The notes: generated from the sequence alone by a model not told the origin. Counted from the first letter of the stretch, positions 18,969 through 28,426 are shown. The stretch: 64,000 bases of DNA from Candidatus Melainabacteria bacterium 17Bon1m (GCA_032128875.1 JAVLKG010000001.1:576001-640000); one strand, 5' to 3'. Program-made: numbers and translations.

Positions 18969-19712
18969 ATGCTGGGAAGTGCAATTGCTGGACTTGCAAC
19001 CGGCACCCTGCTGGGACTTCTAGGGGGTGGCGGAACCATCATAGCAGTGCCGATTCTTGTTTATGTCCTCGGATTGGAGGCTAAGGCAGCGATAGGCACG
19101 AGCTTGATCATAGTTGGTTTGGCAAGCTTGCTCGCTGCATGGAGTCATTACCGGCATCACTCAGTAATTGTTTCCACTGCTCTTATATTCGGAGCGACGG
19201 GCGCTCTGGGTAGCTTCGCAGGCGCCAAGATTGCACAAGTCATTCCAGACGCGGTGCAACTGAGTTTGTTCGCTATTGTTATGGCATTAGTGGCTTTACT
19301 GATGCTGAAGCATAAACGGCCAACCGAGTTGGCGAGCAACGACACAAAACTCGCACTGCCAGTGGTGGTAGCTTCGGGTGTCGGCGCTGGGGTGTTGACC
19401 GGTTTGATCGGCGTCGGTGGCGGGTTCATTATTGTCCCTGTGTTCACCATACTTTTGCGCATGCCGATAAAGCAAGCAATCGGTACTTCACTGCTTGTGA
19501 TTAGCATCAATAGCATGGTAGGCGCGATTTCATACGCTTCGCGCTTGAGTTTCAATTTCTCAATCTTACCTTTTGCCGTGGGTACCCTGGCTGCTGCTCC
19601 CCTTGCGGGTCGTGTTGCCCAGTACCTCCCACAGGAAAAACTCAGGATTACCTTTGCGGTATCACTATTAATTCTGTCAGCGTGGATGCTGACCAATCAA
19701 ATTTTCCAATAG
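18969..19712 (+). CDS. Sulfite exporter TauE/SafE family permease
   Basis: GLLGGGGTIIAVP and GLIGVGGGFIIVP repeats, AIGTSL twice. Confidence 0.92.
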   Translation: MLGSAIAGLATGTLLGLLGGGGTIIAVPILVYVLGLEAKAAIGTSLIIVGLASLLAAWSHYRHHSVIVSTALIFGATGALGSFAGAKIAQVIPDAVQLSLFAIVMALVALLMLKHKRPTELASNDTKLALPVVVASGVGAGVLTGLIGVGGGFIIVPVFTILLRMPIKQAIGTSLLVISINSMVGAISYASRLSFNFSILPFAVGTLAAAPLAGRVAQYLPQEKLRITFAVSLLILSAWMLTNQIFQ

Positions 19713-19727
19713 CTACTGGAGTTACTT

Positions 19728-21125
19728 ATGTATTTCAAACAGTTTTATCTTGGATGCCTTGCTCATGGCTCTTATCTGCTCGGTTCAGAAGGAGAAGCTG
19801 TTGTCATCGATCCGCAGCGAGATGTGGACCAATACATTGAAGAAGCTAAGAAAGAACGGCTTTCCATCAAATACATAATAGAGACGCATCTGCATGCGGA
19901 TTTTGTAAGTGGGCATAGAGAGCTGGCAGAAAGAACTGGTGCTCAGATTGTTTTCGGCGAAAAGGCCGGCGCATCGTTTCCTCATATAGCAGTCAAAGAC
20001 GGAGATATCTTACAGGTTGGAACGTTGATTCTCTCCATACTTGAGACCCCAGGGCATACTCCTGAAAGCATTTGTGTTCTAGCGAAAGATGCTGCTGACG
20101 ACAAGCCAGCCATGTTGTTCTCTGGGGACACGCTTTTCATCGGGGACGTCGGTAGACCAGATCTCGTCGGCAGTAAAGGCTACAGCGACAAAGAGATGGC
20201 AGGGTTGATGTACGAAAGTCTCCATGAAAAAGTCCTCAAGCTCTCTGATGACGTTGAGGTATTCCCGGCGCACGGTGCTGGATCGCTTTGCGGCAAGCAC
20301 CTTTCGAATGAAAAATCATCCACAATTAGGGAGCAGAAGTTGTTTAACTACGCTCTCAAGCCGATGTCGAAAGAGGCATTTGTAGAGATGTTGACCGCGG
20401 ATCAGCCGGAGGTACCGGCCTACTTCCCGAAAGATGTCGAAATAAATCGCCTGGGTGCTTCGTCTTTGAATACCCTTGCTCGCCCACTACCTTTAGGTGC
20501 AGAAGCAGTGGCAAAAGAGTTGCAGCGAGGCGCAGTTGTTCTCGACATTCGTGGTGCCGCCGAATATGCAGGCGGACACATTAAAGGTTCGTTGAACATC
20601 GGTCTTGGCGGACAGTTTGCCTCATGGTCGGGCACCTTAATCGAAATCGGTACACCCGTTGTTATTGTTGCAAATGAACTTGCTCAGATCGACGAGGCGG
20701 TTATGAGGCTTGCAAGGGTGGGCATCGAAAGCGTAATCGGCTATTTGGAAAATGGAATTAGCACCTGGCATGATGCCGGTTTTGAGGTGACGCAATCAAC
20801 GACAATCTCAGTTGCTGAACTCAAACGAAAGCTTGATGCCGGCGAAGACTTGTTGGTTGTGGACGTCAGGAGATCTGGTGAATACAACTCAGGTCACGTT
20901 CCGAGCGCAATCAATATTCCCTTAGCAGAGCTGGTAGAAGGCATTTCAAATTTGCCGAGAGAGTTGCCGCTGGCAGTAATTTGTGCAAGTGGCTACCGCT
21001 CAACAATTGCGACCAGTGTTCTTGAAAAGGGCGGTCTTAAATTCCTTATGAATGTTCTTGGCGGAACAGCCGCCTGGAAGAATGCCGGTTATGCCACGCA
21101 GAATAAGGAGACAACGACAGTCTGA
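19728..21125 (+). CDS. Persulfide dioxygenase (MBL fold) fused to two rhodanese domains (CstB-like)
   Basis: ETHLHADF, TPGHTPES, GDTLFIGDVGRPDL, PAHGAGSLCG; C-terminal rhodanese ICASGYRS. Confidence 0.92.
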   Translation: MYFKQFYLGCLAHGSYLLGSEGEAVVIDPQRDVDQYIEEAKKERLSIKYIIETHLHADFVSGHRELAERTGAQIVFGEKAGASFPHIAVKDGDILQVGTLILSILETPGHTPESICVLAKDAADDKPAMLFSGDTLFIGDVGRPDLVGSKGYSDKEMAGLMYESLHEKVLKLSDDVEVFPAHGAGSLCGKHLSNEKSSTIREQKLFNYALKPMSKEAFVEMLTADQPEVPAYFPKDVEINRLGASSLNTLARPLPLGAEAVAKELQRGAVVLDIRGAAEYAGGHIKGSLNIGLGGQFASWSGTLIEIGTPVVIVANELAQIDEAVMRLARVGIESVIGYLENGISTWHDAGFEVTQSTTISVAELKRKLDAGEDLLVVDVRRSGEYNSGHVPSAINIPLAELVEGISNLPRELPLAVICASGYRSTIATSVLEKGGLKFLMNVLGGTAAWKNAGYATQNKETTTV

Positions 21126-21227
21126 TTTTGCATTGGAGTGATTTCACTACATTGAAAAGCAGCTCTCAGAGCTTGAGAAAAACTATCAACAACAGCGGTG
21201 AGAAAAAGAATATATGAGGACAGCAAT

Positions 21228-22979
21228 ATGAGAGTTACCGGTTCCACGGCAAAAAAGATTGTCATCGTAGGTGGTGTCGCAGGTGGAATGAGCGCGGCTG
21301 CTAGAGCGCGACGCCTTTCTGAGGATTCGGAAATTATCGTTCTTGAAAGAAGCGGATACGTCTCTTACGCCAATTGCGGTTTGCCATATTTTCTAGGAGG
21401 AGAGATTGAAACGCAGGAGCAATTGATAGTGGTTACGCCTGAGGCTCTGAAGGACAAACTGAATCTCGATGTTCGTGTTCATCATGAGGTCATTGAAATC
21501 GACGCGAAAGCGAAGATGGTATCGGTAAGAGAGACAACCAGCGAGCGGATCTATCAGGAGAGTTATGACGATCTGATTCTTGCTGTTGGAGCAGCTCCTG
21601 TCAGACCTGGAGTGCCTGGCATCGATCTGCCAGGGTTGTTTACGCTGCGCAGTATTGAAGATGTTGAATCGATTCAATCGTGGTTCGAGATTCAGAAGCC
21701 GCGCACTGCGGTAGTGGCAGGTGGTGGCTTCATTGGTCTGGAGATGGCAGAACAGTTAGCTCGCAGAGGAGTTGATGTCACGCTCATTGACGGCAAAGAC
21801 CACGTACTTGCACCGCTTGATATTGAAATGGCAGAACTCGTGCATAAGGAATTGCGAAAGCATGATATTAAGCTTGTGCTTGGTCGTTCGATTGAAGGTT
21901 TCCGTGCACCAGGCGAAATTGCTGGAGCTTCCGAAGATGTGCCAAAATCTTGCTGGGTTCTTGCTGAAAGACATGAGCCCATGCCGGCGGATCTTGTAAT
22001 ACTGGGGCTGGGAATCAGGCCTGAAGTAACGTTAGCGCGCAAAGCCGGATTAATCGTCGGCGAGCGGGGCGGTATTCGGGTAGACGATTATCTACAAACC
22101 AGTTCGCCTAACATATGGGCAGTCGGCGACGCAATTGAGGTGCGTAATCCGGTAAACGGCGAGTGGACACTCATTGCATTGGGAGGTCCGGCTAATCGTC
22201 AAGGACGCATTGCAGCGAACAACATCTTCGGTGCAAAACAAAACTACGATGGCACGATCGGCACCGCCATCCTTCGGGTGTTCGACCTGACTGTTGCATC
22301 GGTAGGGCTCAACGAAGCACAATTGAAATCAAGCTCTATTCCTTATGAAACCATCTTTGTTCATCCTAGCCATCACGCCAGCTATTACCCTGGCGCAGAG
22401 CGTCTTGATATGAAGATGCTCTTCCACAAGGAAGCTGGCACGCTGCTGGGCGCGCAGGTAATCGGTAAAGAAGGCGTCGATAAGCGGATAGATGTGCTCG
22501 CGACAGCGGTCAAGGCACGCATGACCATCAGCGATTTGTCCGAGCTGGAATTGGCATATGCCCCGCCCTTTGGCTCAGCGAAAGATCCAATTAATTTGGC
22601 AGGAATGTCCGGAACTAATGTGCTAGAGGGATTGGTCGAGCAAGTGCAGTGGCATCAAGTCCCAGCTTTGGCCACAAGCGGAGCCGTAATAATTGATGTT
22701 CGCTCGCGCGGCGAGCGTGCCAGAGGGTACATTGATGGCAGTGTTCACATACCACTCCCAGAGCTGAGAAAACGACTGTCAGAGGTACCAGTTGGAAAAG
22801 CGATAGTCACATATTGTCAAAGTGGTCAACGCTCCTACAATGCATCCCGATTCCTCAAACAGAATGGATTCAGTGTCAAGAATTTGTCTGGTGGGTACCT
22901 GACATGGAACTCAATGCAGCAAGGCAAGGAGGAAGGAACGGATCCTCAGAATGCACTACCTGCGGTGCTATCTAAATAA
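21228..22979 (+). CDS. CoA-disulfide/persulfide reductase with C-terminal rhodanese (CoADR-RHD/Npsr type)
   Basis: GGVAGG, SYANCG, GGGFIGLE, YAPPF; rhodanese YCQSGQRS. Confidence 0.93.
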   Translation: MRVTGSTAKKIVIVGGVAGGMSAAARARRLSEDSEIIVLERSGYVSYANCGLPYFLGGEIETQEQLIVVTPEALKDKLNLDVRVHHEVIEIDAKAKMVSVRETTSERIYQESYDDLILAVGAAPVRPGVPGIDLPGLFTLRSIEDVESIQSWFEIQKPRTAVVAGGGFIGLEMAEQLARRGVDVTLIDGKDHVLAPLDIEMAELVHKELRKHDIKLVLGRSIEGFRAPGEIAGASEDVPKSCWVLAERHEPMPADLVILGLGIRPEVTLARKAGLIVGERGGIRVDDYLQTSSPNIWAVGDAIEVRNPVNGEWTLIALGGPANRQGRIAANNIFGAKQNYDGTIGTAILRVFDLTVASVGLNEAQLKSSSIPYETIFVHPSHHASYYPGAERLDMKMLFHKEAGTLLGAQVIGKEGVDKRIDVLATAVKARMTISDLSELELAYAPPFGSAKDPINLAGMSGTNVLEGLVEQVQWHQVPALATSGAVIIDVRSRGERARGYIDGSVHIPLPELRKRLSEVPVGKAIVTYCQSGQRSYNASRFLKQNGFSVKNLSGGYLTWNSMQQGKEEGTDPQNALPAVLSK

Positions 22980-23054
22980 CAGTTTGGCACAGAGGTGAAT
23001 GTTGATATGAACGAATCGATAAAGGTATCAAAAGAAAAAGGAGGGCAAGGTCCC

Positions 23055-23243
23055 ATGGACAGCGTAATCTGGTTCGTTGGAATTGTTGTGTTCTACTTTG
23101 CGATGCAACTCTGGATATTGCCGAAGCTCGGCATACCTACTTGAATGTCACGGAGTTGCTCGGTCGGGCAGCAGAAGAAAACACCTGTTCAGCAAGAGAA
23201 ACAAGAGTCCATTAAGCATGGCGAACAAGGCAAAAGCGATTAG
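23055..23243 (+). CDS. Small single-TM candidate selenoprotein, 62 aa, Sec30 in a UxxxxC motif
   Basis: AAGGAGG RBS; MDSVIWFVGIVVFYFAMQLWILPKLGIPT-TGA(23142-23144)-MSRSCSVGQQKK...KSD-TAG; SECIS-like hairpin immediately 3'; alternative in-frame ATG at 23007. Confidence 0.72.
23155..23172 (+). promoter_or_regulatory. Bacterial SECIS-like hairpin
   Basis: GTTGCTC-GGTC-GGGCAGC; loop begins with G, 17 nt after UGA. Confidence 0.7.
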
Positions 23244-24300
23244 AGCAATCCATGTGACACTGGTGTGTTTACTGGCAGCATTGAGCTTCAGTGGCGCTGT
23301 GTGGTCTGAAGAGTGCCGGACAACTGGTGCTGCACTCTCATCCCCTCTTGGTGCGCGTTGCACTGAAGATCCCTCATGCGTTATTGTTGGAGAGACCCAC
23401 ATGCTGGAGTGGAAGAGTCCAGAACCGGCCAAAATAATTGTGGTGTGTATACACGGACTTGGGTTGTGCGCTCGAGCCTACAAACCATTAGCTAAGGAAC
23501 TTTCTGCTGCAGGGATCGACGGATTTGGTGTGAACGTGCGAGGCTTTGGTCCTGACAGGGACAGACCAGATCGCGCGAAATTGAACTGTATAGAGACCGT
23601 AGGCGACGTGAGCAAATTGCTTACTAGCATTCGTAAAGAACACCCTGGCTACAAGGTCTTTCTCATCGGTGAATCAATGGGTGGTGCACTTGCAATAAGA
23701 ATTGCTGCAGAGAATCCAAGTTTAGTGGATGGTGTCGTCTGCTCTGCTCCTGCCTGGAAATTACTCAAGATGAAGCAGACTGCTGTAAAAGGTGTCTTTG
23801 AGTTGTTTTTGTTTCCTGGAAGTCATCCAGGCCCTGCCGGTCGTGCCATGATGCATCAAGCGACGACCGACCCTGAGCTAACACAGCACTGGTTAACGGA
23901 TCCATCGCATAAGTTGAGACTATCTTTCCATGAAGCTACTTCTCTTTTGCGCTTCATCTCGAAGACAGATACCTACGCCAAACGCATAAATGGACCTGTC
24001 TTGGTTGTTCAGGGTCTTGGTGATCATCTTGTATCGCCTAAAGCAGTTGCCAAACTAGTCAGAGATATCCCTTCTGAGAACAAGACGTTTCTCATTGATG
24101 GAAAGGGAGAGCATCTTGTTCTTGAAGAGGGCAAATTTTCGCCACCGCTTGTTGAGAAGCTGATCGCTTGGATGAAAACTGAGTCCAGCGATCAATCAAG
24201 AATGGCATTCGTGACTGAAGTGGTAAATGATCAGGCGCTATCTTCGAAGGAGAAACGCAGGTTGAAGACATTGCGGCGACTGTCTAGAAATCCAAACTGA
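23218..24300 (+). CDS. Exported alpha/beta hydrolase (lysophospholipase / serine aminopeptidase S33-like)
   Basis: CIHGLG, GESMGG, VQGLGDHLVS, GEHLVL; signal peptide after ATG 23218. Confidence 0.85.
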   Translation: MANKAKAIRAIHVTLVCLLAALSFSGAVWSEECRTTGAALSSPLGARCTEDPSCVIVGETHMLEWKSPEPAKIIVVCIHGLGLCARAYKPLAKELSAAGIDGFGVNVRGFGPDRDRPDRAKLNCIETVGDVSKLLTSIRKEHPGYKVFLIGESMGGALAIRIAAENPSLVDGVVCSAPAWKLLKMKQTAVKGVFELFLFPGSHPGPAGRAMMHQATTDPELTQHWLTDPSHKLRLSFHEATSLLRFISKTDTYAKRINGPVLVVQGLGDHLVSPKAVAKLVRDIPSENKTFLIDGKGEHLVLEEGKFSPPLVEKLIAWMKTESSDQSRMAFVTEVVNDQALSSKEKRRLKTLRRLSRNPN

Positions 24301-24403
24301 CATGCAAGCTTTTTGTGTCCTTCGGGATGCACCCAGGCTAGCACATTCACTACAACGGCCCTGGACAAAGCGGAATGCCGACGCAAGTTAACTCTTAAGT
24401 TGA

Positions 24404-25483
24404 CTACTTCGGAATACCCTTTTCGTACCAACCCTTACTATGGTTTACGATTTTGACGACAGCAAGCATGACCGGAACTTCAATCAAGACACCAACCACG
24501 GTGGCAAGAGCTGCGCCGGAATTGAATCCAAACAAACTAATCGCGGTTGCAACTGCAAGTTCGAAAAAGTTACTGGCACCGATGAGTGCTGAGGGGCCGG
24601 CGACGCAGTGAGCAACACGCAACTTCTTGTTGAGCAAGTATGCAAGCGAAGAATTAAAAAACACCTGAATCAGAATTGGTACCGCCAATATTGCGATTAC
24701 GAGCGGCTGCTTGAGAATTGCTTCACCTTGAAACGCAAATAGCAGTACAAGTGTAATGAGCAAAGCCGAAAGTGAAACGGGATGGAGGAATGCTAGCGTT
24801 TTATCGAACGCGCTCTGACCCTGTTTCAACAACAGACTTCTCCACAACTGTGCAATCAATACTGGTATCACAATGTACAGACCAACCGATATTAGTAGCG
24901 TATCCCACGGGACAGTGATAGAGGATAAACCCAGCAAGAGCCCGACGATGGGCGCAAAAGCAAAGATCATGATTAAGTCATTAACTGCAACTTGCGATAA
25001 TGTGAAATAAGGATCGCCTTTGGTCAACTGGCTCCAAACGAAAACCATTGCTGTGCACGGAGCGGCTGCGAGCAGAATCAATCCTGCTACATAGCTGTCG
25101 AGCTGATCTTGCGGCAGGTACTGAGCAAAAACTACGCGAATGAATATGTAAGCTAGAAGAGCCATCGAGAACGGCTTGATCGCCCAGTTAATGAACAGTG
25201 TCACCGCGATGCCTTTCCAGTGTTGCTTTACTTGTCCTAGCGCCCCGAAGTCAATCTTCAAAAGCATGGGCACAATCATCAACCAAATCAAAATCCCTAC
25301 TGGAATATTTACTCTGGCAATTTCAAGCGAACCGATGAATTTGACCGGACCCGACAAGAGCTGACCCAGCGCAATTCCTACGCCAATACAGAGAAAAACC
25401 CAGACTGTCAGCCAACGTTCGAAGAACCCTATAGATGCCTGAGTTGCTCCGCTGTCTGACACTTCACTTTCTTGAATGCTCAT
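24404..25483 (-). CDS. acr3: Arsenite efflux transporter Acr3
   Basis: FFERWLTVWV, AAAPCTAMVFVW, GASNFFELAVA, GVLIEVPVM. Confidence 0.96.
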   Translation of the reverse strand: MSIQESEVSDSGATQASIGFFERWLTVWVFLCIGVGIALGQLLSGPVKFIGSLEIARVNIPVGILIWLMIVPMLLKIDFGALGQVKQHWKGIAVTLFINWAIKPFSMALLAYIFIRVVFAQYLPQDQLDSYVAGLILLAAAPCTAMVFVWSQLTKGDPYFTLSQVAVNDLIMIFAFAPIVGLLLGLSSITVPWDTLLISVGLYIVIPVLIAQLWRSLLLKQGQSAFDKTLAFLHPVSLSALLITLVLLFAFQGEAILKQPLVIAILAVPILIQVFFNSSLAYLLNKKLRVAHCVAGPSALIGASNFFELAVATAISLFGFNSGAALATVVGVLIEVPVMLAVVKIVNHSKGWYEKGIPK

Positions 25484-25881
25484 CTACAATCCATGGGTAC
25501 TTCAGTCTTTGCGAGTTCTTCTACTTTTGCTTTGATCTCATCGCGCACACGCCTGAACACATCGAGAGGTTGCCCTTTTGGATCGTCGATATTCCAGTTC
25601 GCCTGGGTGCCAATGAATGTAGATGGGCAGAAATCAGCGGTCTTGACCGAGCACATAGAAATCACCGCGTCATAGTCGGCAAGTCTCTCGTTGTCGATTG
25701 TTTTGGAGAATTGCTTGGATATGTCGATACCTACTTCTTCCATAACCTTCACCGCGTCTGGATTGACGCCGCTGCCGGACTTAACACCGGCGCTGTCGGA
25801 CTCAAGACCTAACTGGCGGCCAAAACCTTCGGCTATCTGGCTGCGACAAGTATTTTCTATACAGATAAACAAGACTCTCAA
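25480..25881 (-). CDS. arsC: Arsenate reductase, thioredoxin-type LMW-PTP fold
   Basis: LFICIENTCRSQIAEG P-loop, WNIDDPKG...FRRVRDEI; probable TTG start after GGAG. Confidence 0.88.
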   Translation of the reverse strand: MRVLFICIENTCRSQIAEGFGRQLGLESDSAGVKSGSGVNPDAVKVMEEVGIDISKQFSKTIDNERLADYDAVISMCSVKTADFCPSTFIGTQANWNIDDPKGQPLDVFRRVRDEIKAKVEELAKTEVPMDCR

Positions 25882-25930
25882 TTGCAGCACTCCAACTCTT
25901 CGATTTGTAATGGTTCTCCCAATCGCATAA

Positions 25931-26017
25931 ACCATTAAGGACCAACATTTTGAATACTTCCAAGCGTAATTTTTTCGCCAGAGCCGGAAATGCTCTGAAT
26001 GCGTTTTTGTTTTCCAT
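25931..26017 (-). pseudogene. arsR: Truncated arsR (first ~29 codons only)
   Basis: MENKNAFRAFPALAKKLRLEVFKMLVLNG matches ArsR helices 1-2, then similarity is lost; no HTH. Confidence 0.7.
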
Positions 26018-26039
26018 ATTTCCAATATTATCGAAATAT
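26016..26039. promoter_or_regulatory. ArsR operator-like imperfect palindrome overlapping the arsR start
   Basis: ATATTTC-caatattatc-GAAATAT. Confidence 0.6.
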
Positions 26040-26282
26040 CGAAGGAATGTCAACGTTTGTTCCAAAGGTTATTGGATCCGTTGTTCGAGACCAGAGCTCG
26101 CTGCAGTTTCTCGGAGTAGTCTCAAAGCAACTCTTGCGCCGCTCGGCGAGATTGGCTTGTTCAACAGAGGATGTCCGAAGCACGCCGGCAGTATCTTTCA
26201 GCCACAGTCCGCTCTATAATACCGTCAGGTCAAGATTTGACATCGACTATTCTGGTCCGAATCAAAAGAGAACATACTATTA

Positions 26283-26747
26283 ATGAAACCAAAAAGTAAG
26301 GCAGGTAAACCGTTTCCGCAATTGCCGCCGGACACGCCGACCAGATATGGTCCACTCAGCATCCATCAAAACGGAATTGCTGTAAAAACGCTGATGGCAA
26401 CGCCAACACCGCTGATTGGAAAGCAAAGTCACCTTGCATATTCTTTGGAAAATGTACGTTTGTCGCTGCACGTGGAGCGTTTCGACGCAACAGAACGACT
26501 GTCCTCCGACATAACTTGCGTCACCCGTTTCCCTGAATACGGTGTCGAAAGCAAACACCTGACACCATGCGAGATGCGCGTTGGGCAGACTCATGGGACG
26601 GCCGTAGTTCAATCAACTTGCATGTGTATGGATTTCGAGAACATGCAAGATACAGTTTTGGAAGTGGAATATAAGCTCGGCGACGAATCGATTTCGCTTG
26701 TGTCTATTCCCGTTAAATTTCCGGTTGCATCTCCCGAAGAACAGTAA
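26283..26747 (+). CDS. Hypothetical protein
   Basis: 154-aa ORF with ATG start, beta-rich. Confidence 0.55.
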   Translation: MKPKSKAGKPFPQLPPDTPTRYGPLSIHQNGIAVKTLMATPTPLIGKQSHLAYSLENVRLSLHVERFDATERLSSDITCVTRFPEYGVESKHLTPCEMRVGQTHGTAVVQSTCMCMDFENMQDTVLEVEYKLGDESISLVSIPVKFPVASPEEQ

Positions 26748-27228
26748 GCTCTCTGATTTCGACCGATTTGATGCGGACGCCCCAGCTGTTCGCGCGGCGG
26801 CTGAGTTCTCGTTTGAGCACGCTATTTACTTCCACCTCGCTAGTGAGAATTCTTTGTGCTGTGTACTCGCCGACAGCACTTCTGAGTACCGTGTGCATTA
26901 TTTCTACTGTGTGCGCAATCGGATCATCAACCTTCGCGATCGCCTTCGCTGCGTCTTTTATGTAAAACCGACAAAGTGCAGAGAGTTTTACTGGCACATT
27001 GTCTAAAGTGGTGGTCTCAATCAGAGACGTAACGGAAGCGGTGATTCGCGTGTCAACGATGAGCGAACGGTCGATCAGGGGGACAACCAATTGCATGCCC
27101 GGGCCTCTGTCCCCGATGATTTTTCCGAATCGAAAAATGACCAGGCGATCATGCTCTCTTACGATCTTTATTCCGGAAAGTAAAATCATGAATACAAGGA
27201 CTAGCATCCCGCCGAAGATTTCGTGCAT
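26713..27228 (-). CDS. SPFH/band 7 (stomatin-like) protein, short
   Basis: N-terminal TM; IVREHDRLVIFRFGK..GPG, TLDNVPV, LRSAVG, WGVRIKSVEI. Confidence 0.88.
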   Translation of the reverse strand: MHEIFGGMLVLVFMILLSGIKIVREHDRLVIFRFGKIIGDRGPGMQLVVPLIDRSLIVDTRITASVTSLIETTTLDNVPVKLSALCRFYIKDAAKAIAKVDDPIAHTVEIMHTVLRSAVGEYTAQRILTSEVEVNSVLKRELSRRANSWGVRIKSVEIRELTVLREMQPEI

Positions 27229-27434
27229 TGTTTTAATCCAGAAGTTTTTCCAATTCTAGCCAGTGCCACTTTCGCCTGTGACTGGGAAAAACCCTAGTTG
27301 CGCTCTCAATCAGTGGATGACCCTGTTCGTATCTTTCCGAGCATGCTCAGTTTGCAAACTGTTTTATGTCACAACAGAAACGATTCGCCTGGCGATATGT
27401 TGTGTGTGTCTGCAACTATGAGGCTTTGACCTGT

Positions 27435-27734
27435 ATGGACCGACCAACAATCAATGAAAACACTGCTGCTTGGATGGCGTTTGTGTGGATTTCTTTTGGC
27501 ATATCTGTATTTCTGATGTCGTGCGGAATTTACCAATTGCCCGCAGAACTTTGGGTGAAGGGCTACATGACGATGGGGCTATTTTTCTGTGTAGGTTCGA
27601 GTTTCACGCTTGCGAAAACAGTGCGCGATAACCATGAATCACGCAAACTGATTAATCGCGTGACGGTAGTGAAGACCGAGCGAATGTTGCAAGATTATGA
27701 GTTGAAAGAGCCCATCTATGCGGCGCCGCGCTGA
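27435..27734 (+). CDS. YiaA/YiaB two-helix inner membrane protein
   Basis: WISFGISV...GIYQLP.ELWVKGY...SSFTLAKTVRDNHE. Confidence 0.85.
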   Translation: MDRPTINENTAAWMAFVWISFGISVFLMSCGIYQLPAELWVKGYMTMGLFFCVGSSFTLAKTVRDNHESRKLINRVTVVKTERMLQDYELKEPIYAAPR

Positions 27735-28231
27735 TGCTCATCGTGCGCTTCGTTGTCTGCGAATTCGGAGACGGCATCAATAGCAGCGGCTGTTCTATCT
27801 ATGGGCTCGGCAATTCTTTGAACATCATCGAAGTCGCCACGAATGGCTTTTAGAGCGAAGATTTCCGCATCGATTTCGGAGCGCGTGCGAACTCCAAGTC
27901 GACGGAACATCGGAATTGGTGGGCACCAGCCCCTGATTGCATGATTCATGAGGAACAATGAGACCGCAAAAGGAATGGCAAGGAATTTCTTGCCGCCAAA
28001 AGCTGTAAGAATGCATCCTCCAGTTGAAATGATTGTTGCATTGAGTTGTAGTACGCGCTCAATGTCCCACTCTTCCGCCAGCTCGTTCAGTCGTTCTGAA
28101 ATTTCTTCCTCGCCGCTGCAAACAAAAGCAGCAATGTTTCGCTCAGTCTGGCGATCTATTTTTTCATTGATCTTGTCGCAAGTGTTTGCGCGCACTCTGT
28201 CTATTTTCTCGGGAACTATATCTTTCTGCAT
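27716..28231 (-). CDS. DUF2892/YgaP-like membrane protein
   Basis: EWDIERVLQLNA...HAIRGWCPPIPMFRRLGVRT..EI...ALKAIRGDF. Confidence 0.8.
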   Translation of the reverse strand: MQKDIVPEKIDRVRANTCDKINEKIDRQTERNIAAFVCSGEEEISERLNELAEEWDIERVLQLNATIISTGGCILTAFGGKKFLAIPFAVSLFLMNHAIRGWCPPIPMFRRLGVRTRSEIDAEIFALKAIRGDFDDVQRIAEPIDRTAAAIDAVSEFADNEAHDEHQRGAA

Positions 28232-28426
28232 AACCGCTGCCCTCAGTTGTTTTAGCATGAAATACCTCAACTTCAATCGAAGACCGTGCCTTGTATTGAT
28301 GGTTCCAACTTTTGGCAATGAAATAAGAAATAAAAACGTATGCTGCAAATTTTGGGTTTCTAGGGTTTTTCCTATGCGCCTGGATTGCTTTGCGAGTTAT
28401 CCTGGGAAGACTGAGAGGAAAAACCT

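Noticed and set aside
23077-23217. N-terminal extension of the hydrolase as given in the ORF track
   Set aside because: The signal peptide begins at ATG 23218, and this stretch is better explained by the small Sec ORF in another frame with its own RBS.
25882-26025. Long N-terminal extension of ArsC in the ORF track
   Set aside because: LMW-PTP ArsC starts just before the CX5R loop; this DNA is the arsR remnant in another frame.
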